A stretch of 64,000 nt of DNA from Eledone cirrhosa. Lineage: Eukaryota. How positions within the stretch are numbered: position 1 is the first letter of the stretch; each line of letters opens with the position of its first letter. Both the position numbers and the translations under genes were made by a program. The stretch is taken from the NCBI GenBank assembly GCA_964016885.1, contig OZ024742.1, positions 87,234,001 through 87,298,000 on the forward strand. The letters are read 5' to 3'. Positions 1-13,077 of the stretch are shown in pieces. The notes under the pieces were generated by a model. That model ran no database searches and had not been told where the DNA came from. It saw only the letters and a program-made list of their open reading frames with translations.

Positions 1-1989
1 AATGAATTATTTTTCATTTAATCTAAAAATCCGTTGTCGTACATACAAGAATCATTAATGTGTAGCAACTGCACATTAACATTTGGTTGAAATTTCAAAC
101 ACAATAGAACAAAGAAAAAAATAAGCAAAATAAAGTTTCACAAGTAAAAGATGTTAAGGTAACATTACTGAGAATCAACACTTGTCCACTTAGCAATATT
201 CATGTAGGGACTTCATACATCCATAATAGCCTATTCTAAACTATTTCCATTGGATGGCTGCTTGCTTGCAGCCTTGCTTTTATTGTATCCCCATACATGG
301 TCAGTGGAATTTTAGTTAGTAATATTTCCAGAATTTCTCTGCCAATAGCCGCACGTACTTTTAGGTCTTTGTAGTTGAACCTCACACAATAAATATAAAC
401 ATGCGGTGGCTGACTTCAAACTTGTGACCTAGATTGTTTGACTGGGTATTTCAGTGTTTGAACCGTATATTATCCTTCATATCTTTTCACAATGATATGA
501 TGCTGATGAGCTATTTTCTCCTTCATACAACGTGACATTGCTCATCAGCTTAAAGTCAGGCGCATCCTTTTCATAGTATTTTTTAATCTTTAAATACGTG
601 TATGATTGCAATATATAGCCCGCCTTCCTGAACCAACAAACGTGATAGAATGATACACCAGTTCAAAATGTGTGCATGTAAGAGAAGGTGAAACAATGAA
701 CTTCACTAGAAGATATACACAAGTGTCATAGACATTTGGTCGACTGCATATCTTCTTTTCAGAATATGAGCCATATATTTGGTATTTATTAATAGTATCA
801 TGGACAGATTCTCATTTTAACATATATCTTAGTAACCTGTACTGTACTGCTCTAATATATGAGATGTTTGTATAGCAGACTTAGATGTATTTTTTTTTTT
901 TTTTTGCCAATTTTGAAGTATACACTCTTGACAAGAACAATCCATTAGAACAGGCATACAATATTTAAGTAAGAAGTAAGTGTGCAACAAATAATACATA
1001 ACTAACACTTCTGATGCACAACATTAACATAATTGATAGGTACAGAGTAGAGTTAGATATGTACTGCAATATTTGGGAAATGATAAGGTTTCGATTGGTC
1101 ATTATTTGGTCATTATTTTAATCCTTTATTATAAACTGTTACATGTTTGTAAAAATTAAAAGAACGTGTATATGCCCACAATCTCAGCTTGAAGCATTCT
1201 TACTTAGTAATTGTTACTAAATTATTTTCCGCAAAGTTTGAAACGTAGCCTCATTGTCAGAAACCATTTGTGATTAGTACCGGTATTGGAATCATATATT
1301 TTATATCTGCCATGGGATTTTTTGCCACTTTTGAAAAAATGATCATAGCAATTTCTATTCACTTCAAATAGAATTGGCATTAACTTGGCATTAAAATGTA
1401 GATGACAACCATGTATTTCAAGTGTAGAACCTGGAATCGACCCCCCCCCCCCCCCCATATGTTTATTATAAATAATCCTAATAGGCATATATTGGCAGGT
1501 ATCTTAACTGAATCTCTAGAGCATGGGGCAAAATACCGAAGGCATTTTATAACGACTAGTTATGTTCTAAGTTGAAATTGCTCGAAGGTCTGTTTTCCTT
1601 TTCATATCTCCAATATCAGGAAAATGCCAAACAGTCAGGTATGTGAGTTGATATAATCAGCAGTATGTTTCCATAAAATACAACATTTCTGATACCCAGT
1701 TTACGATTATCACTCATTACCGAGCGATTCAGCTAATTCCTGCTGTTTATCCGTACTCTTGCGTGAGTCGAGTAAATATTAATTAAAATGGCGTGCATAT
1801 TTCGATGTTTATATCTACTTACATAAATAATGAATTGGATAGAACCGTGATATAAATCCCAACACAGAGGAAACTTGTAATGTAGTATAATATAATTATA
1901 TGAAAATCAATATCTGTTTTCTCTTGAAAGACAACATCATGGTATTTCATTATAATCAAATCAGGAGAGGTCGTAACTCGGAAATAGAA

Positions 1990-2081
1990 GCACACGCAGG
2001 CACACACATGTACACACACATAAACACACATACACACTTACACAGACACACACACACCCACGCACACATATATATATATAT

Positions 2082-2172
<91 letters not shown>

Positions 2173-2380
2173 TGCGTATACACCCACAGACTTTATCACA
2201 CAGACATATTTGACTATTTAATGACTGCCAGTAAAACATACATACACGCACACACACACACACATATGTATACATATTTATATACATGACGGGGAGTAAG
2301 AGAGAGAGATAGTGATAGAGAGAGGGGGGAGAACGAATGAGCGAGAGAGACAGGGAGAGAGAGAGAGAGACAGAGAAGGA
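1990..2380. repeat. Compound (CA)n/(TA)n/(GA)n microsatellite cluster
   Basis: Visible dinucleotide tracts; pure (TA)n about 2066-2169. Confidence 0.95.
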
Positions 2381-2616
2381 GATAGTAGAGCACTTAATAA
2401 GACGCACAACACTCAATATATTACACCACAATTAAAGAAGCTTAGTGGGTACATATCCTATCCGATATAAAGGACGACGGCCAAACTGAAACCCTTTCGA
2501 TGGCAGCATCTATTGTCACATCAAAATGTCTTCATCACGAAAGCTCGAACAATTTAAAAAGTATAATATATATTTTTGTGTGTTCGGGTACATTTTGGAT
2601 TGTTGCTATATATGTG

Positions 2617-2750
<134 letters not shown>

Positions 2751-3729
2751 AATCAGGAAAGAAGATCGACATGGTGGTTTGCTATACAAAAAAGGTTTTT
2801 AATCTCATTGCTGACAATTGTTTCTCTGAACTGGTAGGTCGAGAGATCGCTATTCGTTTGTTTTCACGTTACTCGATCGCCAATACAAAATTATAACCAG
2901 TCAGTTCTTCGGGGCATGCGAGAATGAAGGGGATATACAGGCATGAAAAGAATATACAGGCTACTATATGAAGTAGTAATGGCATTCAGTTAGAACAATA
3001 ACAACAATTACAACATTGCTAGTAATAAATTATTTGAGGAGACCTTGACATTACATTAGGTGGGCGTATAGTGTATCTAAGATTTCGGCGTGTAAAACTA
3101 GCTGACATGAAGCAGAAGTATAAGGTTGACATGTAAGGAGTGTCGTAGGGTGTGTTATATAAATTTTAAAGATAAGCCGGTGTTTATCAACAATGTAGGT
3201 CAGGTGGCCGTAATGTTCAGTATTTATCTGACCGACGAAGTATTTATCATTGAGTCGAATGTGTGTTGTCTACGTTAGATGAGAATACAGTCTTTCTGTT
3301 CATCTTCAATAACATACATGTATGGGGCAACACTGTCAAAGCTAAATAATGGGCAAGTTAATACAGAGGTTAAGGAGGTAATATATATATATATATATAC
3401 ACACATATATATATATATACACACGCACGTGTACATAGACACATACATACACATCAATATACACTCGTACAAATACATACATACATGCAAAGAGATAAAC
3501 ATGCTGACTGTAATTATGGCAAAAGAAAGGTAAAGTTACATCGTAGTAGTGATTTGAGAGATTCGTGGATTTAGGATCAAGTGATGGCAGCAGCTGGGAA
3601 GGAATAAGTTTATGGGTTGATGAGGTACTTACAGACATTTGTGTGGTATAGAACTGTGAAGGCTAGATTGTACTTAATAAGTATATTTCTGTGGTGATTT
3701 ATGCAGTGTAGTGGGTATCCTGGTTCGAT

Positions 3730-4200
3730 TCACGGAGGTTTGAATCTTATGAATTTAGTGGCAATTCTATGTCTGCAGAAGATAGATCTTTCTAACTTAT
3801 TGTTAAGTAGCCTTTTTACATTTTTGAGGATATACATTAGTTCTAGATCACATAGACCGCAGTGGGACATACCTGTACTATAGGTTTTAGCAGCCGACAA
3901 CTTCGACCAGTTAATACTGTAGTTAGTGTTGTTGTCCTTCAGTTCCCATATTTTTTTGCGAGGGCTGTGGAACCTATAAGTGCAAGATTTTTCATCGAGT
4001 GCCTGTGCACATACCATCTTTTCTTAAAAGAACCCGCGGTGGATCCTATGTAATTCCAGTTGGAGTTATCCGAGTTGACCGTGCACATGTACACTAGGCT
4101 CGAATCGAGACATCTGTTCGCCAATGGGCACCTATCTGGTAGGTGACAGTTACAGTTTGAGGTGCTATTTTGTGCAGCTTCCACACTCCTGTTTAGCACT
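3730..4200 (-). pseudogene. PLE GIY-YIG endonuclease remnant (frameshifted)
   Basis: CNCHLPDRCPL..CLDSSLVYMC..NYIGSTAGSFKKRWYVH..STALAKK/IWELK..CGLCDLE..LNNKLE..CRHR, split over ORFs 3939-4199 and 3730-4017. Confidence 0.85.
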
Positions 4201-4468
4201 CTGTTATAAGTGGATTGTGATATATGCCCATTGGGGTTTTATTGCTGCGCGTTTGTATGCGCTTGCGGTTGTGATACTGTGATGTGTTTATGCTTATAAT
4301 TTGGTGCTACGTTGTGCATAGGTGCGGTTGATTTACTAGATATATTTCTGTGGTTGATCTTGCGTATGTGTGATTATATATTTGCTGCTGTCGAGTATGA
4401 GAGTTTTGTAGTAATTCTATTGTGTATATCCTCTTCATTCTATTGAGTATATCCTCTTCATTCTCGCA

Positions 4469-4576
4469 TGCTCCGAAGAACTGACTTGTTATAATTTTGT
4501 ATTGGCGATCGAGTAATGTGAAAACAAACGAATAGCGATCTCTAGACCTACCAGTTCAGAGAAACAATTGTCAGCA
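4469..4576 (+). ncRNA. Hammerhead-ribozyme-like motif with 60-nt stem II insertion (second copy at 2809-2916, minus)
   Basis: TGCT-CCGAAGA-A-CTGACT(G/T)GT..60 nt..ACCAG(T)TCAG-A-GAAAC-AATT-GTC-AGCA; stems I and II pair and stem III is the minimal palindromic type. Confidence 0.6.
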
Positions 4577-4821
4577 ATGAGATTAAAAACATTTTTTGTA
4601 TAGCAAACCATGACAGTCTTCTTTCCTGATTTATTATTAATCCAAGTGTTTAAAACATAGGAATTACAGCACACCCGCAATATCACTATGAACACGCCTT
4701 GTTGAATCAAACCAAGCCAAGCGTTGATATCATCCACTACCCGGAATACCATAACTGGACTACACCTAAGTGAACTGCATATAACTATTATTTGTTACCC
4801 CGTATATATATATATATATAT

Positions 4822-5135
4822 AATTCAAGAAATAAGGGTAACATGGTTCGCTGTACAATAAGGAGTTTATTCAGTGCTGACAATTGTTTCGTTGATATGG
4901 TCGGTCTAAAGCTCGCTAATCGCTTGGTTTGCGCCAAACGACGCCAATACTTTGTATACAACCAGCCAATATATCAGGGTATGTGGATATGAGGCTAATA
5001 CGCAAGGCATCGCTTTTATAGGAGTGTGCTGTTAGACCAGAACAATAACATCAGTAACAAACTAACTAGATAGTGAATGATTAAAACAATGACATCAATG
5101 AAAGTATGAAATAGTGATAAAACAAGCATGGTAAA
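4822..5135 (-). mobile_element. Diverged solo pseudo-LTR related to PLE family B
   Basis: Aligns by eye with 2751-3020 (GCTGACAATTGTTTC, CGCCAATAC, AACCAG); bounded by (TA)n on both sides. Confidence 0.65.
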
Positions 5136-5181
<46 letters not shown>

Positions 5182-5209
5182 ACACATATATGTACATATA
5201 TATATATAT

Positions 5210-5590
5210 TGGTAAACGGAATAGAAGATGCTGACAAATTGTTCACAGTGAAAAATAGTTTAATTAGGAATAAGTGATAATTAGTAATAGTATTGATTAG
5301 TATTAAGTTTTGTGGATTGGCAGTATCGGTAGAGGGTCGGACGCCATACTTTCCAGCATAGTTACGTCCCTTTACGATCTGAGTTCAAATCCCGCTGAGG
5401 TTGACTTTGCCTTTCATCCTTACAGGGTCGATAAAATGAAAGTACCAGTAATGCACTGGGTAATTGCTGGCCTTTTGCCTAAAGTAGAAACAATTAACTT
5501 TTGGTTTTATGTCTTACCGGTTGCGCATTTCCAATGCTTTTCACAAATAATTTTGAGATAGAGCGTCCGTGATGTCCGCTCTGATCCGAC
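5210..5590. mobile_element. TA-inserted repeat family E (probable PLE terminus), interrupted by a SINE
   Basis: Homologous to 12422-12600, 12620-12790 (inverted) and 15715-15902; every copy abuts (TA)n. Confidence 0.55.
5311..5495 (+). mobile_element. tRNA-derived SINE (octopus-type, Meta-domain-like core)
   Basis: A box TGGCAGTATCGG, B box GAGTTCAAATCC, core GCCTTTCATCC..GGTCGATAAAAT..GTACCAG; at least six copies in the window. Confidence 0.9.
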
Positions 5591-5974
5591 CAGTCTTGGG
5601 AATTCCACCTGTTTTATGTCAAAAAAGTGGCTCCAGCGGTATTAAAATAAGTTTTGCGCCAACTCGTGTTGCAAAAACTCTTGTGGTCAAAACAACCCTG
5701 ATTGGTCGGTAGCGGTTATGTGAATGTAAAAAATTGATGTCGCGCCAAACGCAGGCCCGTGTCGGCTGACTGAGAGATAAGTCCCTCACAACAAATATGT
5801 CTGTGTGTGTGTGCAGCAGCAGCAAAAAGGCGCGCCGTTGCTACAATGGCCAGCAGGGACGAGCGCGCGAACCGCAGCCCGCCGACGGTCCATCAAGACA
5901 TGTGTGTGTGTGCGTGTGTGTGTGTGTATGCATGCGCAACAGAGTAACTCGTGTAAGAGGGCTGGTCAGCAGGA

Positions 5975-6690
5975 ACGTGTCTGCAAGTGCGCTGGGGACA
6001 TTTTAACATGCCAAAAGACATTTCCTCAGCTCCTGTCTCATACGGAGAAGTGTGTGTGTGTGTGCATGTCTCCCTGTATGTTAGTGTGTCTGTAAGTGCG
6101 TGGGGGACACTCTAACATGCCAAAAGATACCCTTTCAGCTATTGTCCTATACGGTGAAGTGTGTGTGTGTGTGTGCGCGTGTGAGAGAACGCGCGTGCGC
6201 GTGCGTGTGGGCGGACCAGCATCCACTTCTGCTAAAATGGTGTACACCATTCGATACCCTCAGCTAAATCGATTCTCCCAATAGAACACCAAAAACCCCA
6301 ACAACGAAAGGTGCGAAGTGACACACAGCATTGGCACAACACCAAGTTGTGCGTGAGTGCGTCCAGACCGCACGCACCGCAAGGGGATCTATCAGGCCCT
6401 GCCGCACTGGAACACCCGTGCACAAACATGCCCTGGAGCGCGTCCAGAAACCGCACACCCGTGCACAAATTGTACACCCGCGCACAAACTGCACACATGT
6501 ATCCGGAGTGTGCCCAGAAACTGCACACCTGTGCACAGATATAACACGGAGTGCGTCCAGACCGCACGCACTGCAAGGGGAACCCACCAGGCCCCACCTC
6601 ACCGGAACACCCGTGCACAAACATGCATGCGCCCACCAGTGTGCAATGCACGCGTGCACCCATGCACGTGTGCGTGTCGGCACGTTCACA
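5975..6690. repeat. GC-rich hierarchical minisatellite
   Basis: About 105 bp unit twice (5980-6180) and about 195 bp unit twice (6354-6690), built from CACACCCGTGCACAAA subunits. Confidence 0.75.
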
Positions 6691-6704
6691 CCCACAGACA
6701 TATA

Positions 6705-8117
6705 CGAGAGAGCCCAAAGTATCCAGTCACACTACGCTAAACCCATCGTCTCCAAATGTCTGATACCAAAAAACTCAGCAATGTGCAGTAGTGCTAATTT
6801 TAATATTCTGCTCGTAGAAATGGTACAAGTGATGAAGAACATGTCCCGCATTTGCGACCCAACAGAAATGGAAAGACACAACCAACACTTCATCAACCCC
6901 ATGCAGTTCTCTGGCTACAACCAAAGAGAGAGAATCAGAGTATATGAAGGAGCCGCGGAGAAGTATAAGACCCCATAGAATTGGACATGAAAGGAATTTA
7001 CCCATTATTCAGGAGCAAATCATGGAATAGCTTAGATAGGACTAGACATACGATAGGGAAAGCTACCTCATGGTACGACGACCAGAGATACCAGATGTCA
7101 TGTTTGTGGACGCTACCCCTGGAAGAAAAATTAGCTAACTAGTGTAGAAAGGCTCTGAGAAAGATCCACTTAAAGATTAAGGTGGTAGAAAAGCCAGGAA
7201 CCACCATAAAATCCCTGCTCGGCAAAACCTACCCTTTTAAGAAAACCCACTGTACTAATAGGGAATGTATTATATGTAAAGTAAACCCCCGGATAAACTG
7301 TAAAACTAGAAACGTAGTCTATAGCATAAGATCTACAGAGGGTACTTGCAGAAACATGATAACAACATACATAGGCAAGACAGCTCGTACCATAGGTGAA
7401 AGAATAGACAAATACTGGAGGGGGGGGATTAAAAGGAAGAAAAAACTGTTCAGTACTATACGAACATGCCAGACAACAACACGACGGTAACATAGAAATT
7501 AGAATAATATCTAAACAGAAATGACCCAGCACACAGGAAAATCGGAGAGGCCAGCGAAATAGAACTTAGAAGGCCAAGGCTAAACAGAAACACATATGAA
7601 TGGAATAACAATAACACCCAAACAAACAATACTGACCTAAGAGAAGTATAAATAAATAAATAAATACATGCACAAGCACAATAACAACAAACACATATAA
7701 ACACACTCTAATAAACTAAGATAGAATACAATAACCAATACACAGTCACCCAAACACGAACACACATCAAACACTATACACACACGCAAACGCATGTGCA
7801 GAGAAGACAAAATTAAAAAAATAAATAAATAAACAGGCTAAATAAAGATGGCGTAGGCATACAATAAAACAGGAGGAAACTTAATAGCACCACTAACGAT
7901 GTTGCAGATGTGAAACGAAAGAACTTTGTTAGGCTATATATATGTGTTTGTGTCTATATTTTATCTGTATTTTTGACCGTTGGTCAGTCAATAGTAACAT
8001 TGAGGACGGAATAAATTAAATTAACCGGTATAAAAGACACAGAAGCGAAAACCAACCAAACAGTGAGTGTGTTCTGTTATTAATGTTGGCAATATTAATA
8101 CACAAATATGACCCTCC

Positions 8118-8120
<3 letters not shown>
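6705..8120 (+). mobile_element. Neptune-like PLE, 3' portion (RT thumb + GIY-YIG + 3' pseudo-LTR), degenerate
   Basis: SHYAKP..MQFSGY..CTNRECIICK..CKTRNVVYSI..YIGKTARTIGER; homologous to 57060-58360; ends in ATGACCCTCCC then (TA)n. Confidence 0.85.
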
Positions 8121-8162
<42 letters not shown>

Positions 8163-8164
8163 CT

Positions 8165-8375
8165 ATTAGAAATGTAAGCTATCGCCGTATTTAGACTAAA
8201 GAAATTAAAGAAATTATTTAGCCCGATAGTGGGGTTCAGATGGAAAAAGATGAGTATATGTACGTCAATACTCATCTTTTTCCATTTCTCCGAGGATTCT
8301 TAACCCCACTATCGGGCTAAATAATTTCTTTAATTTCTTTAGGCAAAATACGGCGAGAGCTTACATTTCTAATAA
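8165..8375. repeat. Fold-back palindrome with arms of about 95 bp
   Basis: 8165-8258 is the reverse complement of about 8267-8375 apart from a small indel; lies between (TA)n tracts. Confidence 0.85.
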
Positions 8376-8440
8376 TTTCAAACCCACTCGCTGTTTCAAA
8401 AAATATTCTTACTTGATATATATATATATATATATATATA

Positions 8441-9745
8441 GGAGAAAGTATGACCCAGGCTGCTGAGCTCAAGCCGTTTCGACAGCAATTTATGAATGAA
8501 AATAAGAGTTTTTTAATTCTGGTAAATAAATAAACGAACTTATACGGAAAGATTATAGTTGTCAAGGGGATTAGTCAAAATGTGTAGGGGACACAGACAA
8601 ATATATCATGGTAGTGGGGATGGCTAAACTTGCCTGTAGTAGGATAGGGATTGGGTAAAGACGTCAAGCGTAGGAGGTGAAATTTCTAAGGAATTTATAT
8701 TAAAGTAGGCCAGAGGAGGATTGCGAAAAATGGTATCTTTAGAAAGAGGAGGAGGGACGTTATAGAAATAGTAAATCAAATGCGATTAGGGGACAAAGAA
8801 AAAATATAATATAAAAGTATATTAGAAAAAATGAGAGAAAGATGTAACAGAGAGTAATATTGGAATGTGAGAAGTGAAATAAGGAGTCTAACACAGCGGC
8901 TATATTTCGGCCAAAGCCACAGAATGAGTTGCTAGATGAGAATAATTGAAAAATGTAGAATTAAAAATGATTACCACATACCTGGGGTCTAAAACAACTG
9001 CTATTAAAAGTTAGTATAACGTAATCGGCGAATGTTATCTGTAAGTTACTGAGATGGGGGTACTGAGGCTAAAGAGGCCCGATGGGGAAAAAGAAAATAA
9101 AGACACGGACGAGGAAGATGTTCGGTGTTGGAAAGAAATGATAGGAGAGAAAGGAAAGAAGAAAACATGGAGGAAAAAGAAAAGAGTTACATCTACCTAA
9201 TTCACTAGGGTTTTACCTATCTATTCGGCAAGTGGTGTGTTTCAGCCCTAGTCTAGCCGCCTGCATCGTTAGGGGTTTGAGGGCGAGGTAAATCTTTCGC
9301 AATCTGTGTTTGTATGCAGTTATCCAGTTCGACTTTTTTGGTTAGGAGTTGATCCTTCGTAAACAGCATGTGTAATATTTCCAACGAGCATATGTTACAC
9401 GCACGGCGTCCTCCCGTGTAAGTGTTAGCTCTGGACAGTAAGCTCCAAGTAAGATGGTAAGTTATTTTATTATCATGCAGGTTCCAGATATGGCCCGAAA
9501 GTGTGGTGTCATGTCGCCGGACCGAGATCCGGAACGTATGTCGGTGTTGATAGAGCCGGGTCTTAAAGTCACAAGTGGTTAATCCTATATAAGCTTTGTT
9601 GGATGTGTCCGTGCTCACGTTGCACTGGTAGATCACGTTACGTTCTCGCCATCTGTTGTTGAGAGGGCACATGGATCTATCAGGGCAGTTACACTTCCTG
9701 ATCGGCTCTCAACTAATTTCTAGGCTGTTTCTTCCATAGAGGTAC
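8441..9745 (-). mobile_element. PLE family C (Hydra-clade-like), 3' fragment
   Basis: ORF 9253-9672 VIYQC..AYIGLT..FKTRLYQH..CNICSLE, preceded by (K)CNCPDRSMCPL; degenerate terminal repeat at 8441-8640; microsatellite flanks. Confidence 0.85.
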
Positions 9746-9827
9746 ATATACACACACACCCACACAAACACACACACACACATACACACACACACACACA
9801 CATACACACACACACATATATATATAG

Positions 9828-9944
<117 letters not shown>

Positions 9945-9956
9945 GATATATATATA

Positions 9957-12208
9957 ACGTAGGAAATGTGGTAAGGAATCAAGTGGACCCTAACGCACCA
10001 AAGTACTCAATGCTAGGGTAGTAGAGCGGGTAATAGGAACGAATAGGACACCGACGGCTGAGCTGAAGCGTTTCGACGGCTAATTCTGGATTAAATGAAC
10101 ATTTTTATCCTGGTATATGAATAGCCGAGCTTCTCAGGAGCTAATTCCATATATGGTAAAAGTGATTGTCACAAGGATTGGTCAAAAGGATTGCTCAAGC
10201 GGAGTGGTTTCCGGGTGGAGATATCCTAATGTCCAGCTTCCATTAACGGAACCAGCAGGCGACACCGCCGCTTACGCAATGTAACATGGTTCAATCCTCC
10301 CCCCACAACGCTGAGGTGACAACTCCTATCGGGAAAATCGTCTTTAGGCTCATCGAAAAACACTTCCCACTACAACACCGCTACTACAACATAATTACAA
10401 AAAGACCATCTAACTCTCCTACAGCACCACACCAAACTTGGCACAAAACATCGTCTACCCTAACAACAAAAAACTCAACCCCTATGGAAAAAATAACCTA
10501 AATAGCAGTGGAGAGCCGACCAGGAGGTGCAACTGTACTGATGGATCCATTTCCCCCCTCGACAACAGATGCAGAGATCGTAATGTGATCTACCAGTGCA
10601 ACGTGAGGACGGACACCCCCAACAAAGCTTATATAGGATTAACCGCATGTGACTTCAAGCCCAGGCTATACCAACACAGACATATCTTCTGAAACCCGGC
10701 CCGGCGTCACGCCACCACAATTTCGGGCCACATCTGGGACCTCAAGGATGACAATATTACCTATGATCTCACTTGGAGCTTACTGTCCAGAGCCAACTCT
10801 TACACGGGTGGACGCCGTGCGTGCAATTTATGCTCGGAGGAAACTTTACAAATGCTGTTTTCGACGGACCAACTCCTAAACAAGAAAGACCAACTGGTAT
10901 CTGCATTCAAACACAGATTGCGTAGGACTTACCTCGCCCTCAAACCCCATAATGACCCGGGGGGATGGGGGGGGGGGGGTAGACAAGGGCTGTAACACCG
11001 CACTTGCCGACTTTGTAATTGATAACCCCTGCTTGCACAGGTAGACGTAACATCTTCTTATATATATATTTATCCCTTCCTCTACATTCCTTCTTCCCCC
11101 AATCCCTTCCTAGTCCTTCCACCTCAGTCCTCCTTCTTTGTCGTCGCTCTTTTCACTTTCTCGCCCACCCTAGGCAGCGCCTCGGTACCTTTGTAGCCTC
11201 AGTACCGCCACCCCCACCCCCTATTCTATGATAGAATTGGCCGACTCCGCTTTTTATAGCAGATATGATAGACCCCGGATACTTGCTTTCTTATCCGATG
11301 GCTGCCCCATTTCCGTGATTTCTACATTTCTTAGTGGTGTTTTTGCTTTAATTTCTCGTATATCAGTATTTATTTTTTTTTTTTTGGGGGGGGGTGCATT
11401 CTGAATTAATTTTCCGTATCAAATTTGTCATATACTTCGTACGAGCATTTATGTAGTTTGCACTAGAATGTTTGTATCGTAGCGGCACCTTTAGAGATAG
11501 TATTAGTATTCATTTTCGGGATTCTGAATTGTTATTTCGTATTAGTTTAGTTTTTGCACTGGATGGTTGCTGGCCTTGTGCCTAGGATAGAAACAATTAT
11601 TTCGTATTAGTCCCGGGTAGTTTCTTTAGTATGTTGGCCCCCCACTTGTTGATCTGTCACCGTAAGATACAATCGGTTGATTACTACTAACACTTGAAAT
11701 GGTCTCATTATAATTCTGTCCCACGTAGTAAACTTTTCTATAGCTTAGCAGTACCAGTGAGAGACTTGATGACTGTCTTTAGGGAATAGTAACCAGGAAT
11801 TGTTTTTTTTTTAAATACTTTTAACATTCTCGGTATTCTTCTATATATTTACCCCATATTGTTTTACTTATTGTTACGACATCCTCCCCCTCCCCGTCCC
11901 TAGTATACTTACTTGACCTCCTGCCCTGCTCTAGTTGCCACTATCAACGCACGACTGAGTTTTCTCCACCCCCTCACCCTCTTTCTTCTACTGGCAGGTT
12001 CAGCTACGCCTTCCTTCCACAAATTGCCATAATAGAATTATGTTTCTCAACAACAAACGTTTGACCAATCCTTGTGACAACCACTTTTACCATATATGGA
12101 ATTACCCCCTGACAAAGCTCGGCTATTCATATACCAGGATAAAAATGTTCATTTAGTTCAGAATTAGCCGTCGAAACGGCTTGAGCTCAGCCGTCGGGTT
12201 CCTACTCG

Positions 12209-12212
<4 letters not shown>
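9957..12212 (+). mobile_element. PLE family C with inverted 5' pseudo-LTR
   Basis: Inverted repeat about 10035-10190 vs 12060-12210; plus-strand WFNPP linker, CNCTDGSISPL, VIYQC, YIGLT, CNLCSEE (10200-10950); (TA)n at both ends. Confidence 0.88.
12098..12202 (+). ncRNA. Hammerhead-like motif of PLE family C (other copies 22178-22274 plus; about 10050-10150 and 19085-19170 minus)
   Basis: GGAA(ttac)CCC-CTGA(G/C)AA..G..CGGCTATT..34 nt..AATTAGCCG.C-GAAAC-GGCTTGAGCTCAGCC-GTC-GGG-TTCC; stems I-III pair, but the core is not CUGANGA. Confidence 0.55.
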
Positions 12213-12249
<37 letters not shown>

Positions 12250-12251
12250 TC

Positions 12252-12397
<146 letters not shown>

Positions 12398-12421
12398 TCA
12401 TATATATATATATATATATTT

Positions 12422-12790
12422 ATTGGTAAACGGAAATGAGAATGCTGACAAATTGTTCACAGTGAAAAATAGTTTGATTAGGAATAAGTGAAAATCATTA
12501 TAGTATTGGTTAGTATTCAGTTTTGGTTTCAGTTTTACCGGTTGCGCATTTGTAATGCTTTTCAAAAATAATTTTGAGATAGAGCGCCCGTAATGTTTGC
12601 TCAGATTAGAGCAAACATCAACATTATTTTTGAAAAGCATTAGAAATGCGCAACCGGTAAAACTTAAAACCAAAACTGAATACTAGTCAATACTATTACT
12701 AATTTTCACTTATTCTTAATTAAACTATTTTTCATTGTGGACAATTTGTCAGCATTTCCTTTACCGTTTACCAATATATCATAACCTCTA
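12422..12790. mobile_element. Family E repeat as an inverted pair
   Basis: 12422-12580 and 12622-12775 are reverse complements; (TA)n on both sides. Confidence 0.7.
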
Positions 12791-12796
12791 TTCTTT

Positions 12797-12953
<157 letters not shown>

Positions 12954-13077
12954 ATGTATATATAATGTATTTTGCAATACACTTTATCCTTAATTAAAAT
13001 CATTTTGAAAACCGTATGCTATTGTTTTAGAGTAGTGACAAATTCACTTACTTTAATCTCACCAAACATGGGAGATA

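Larger units (their letters stand above)
2751..4760 (-). mobile_element. Penelope-like element (Hydra-clade-like, family B), 5'-truncated, with inverted pseudo-LTR
   Basis: About 190 bp inverted repeats at 2751-2938 and 4450-4632 flank a minus-strand GIY-YIG remnant; (TA)n on the left. Confidence 0.85.

Noticed and set aside
600-700. LHAHIL on the minus strand resembling a Helitron HUH motif
   Set aside because: Short open frame with no other Rep or helicase motifs; likely chance.
1222-1488. 88-aa ORF containing GCHLHF (vaguely transposase-like)
   Set aside because: It crosses a poly-C run and has no supporting motifs.
1620-1638. Possible plus-strand 19-nt micro-exon (pyrimidine tract, CAG..GTATGT)
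   Set aside because: No partner exon or homology; such signals arise often by chance.
5311-5400. tRNA gene (A and B boxes)
   Set aside because: It is a SINE head: no cloverleaf, followed by the SINE core, and multicopy.
6354-6690. CRISPR-like repeat-spacer pattern
   Set aside because: The units are degenerate and the spacers are themselves repeated; eukaryotic context with no cas genes.
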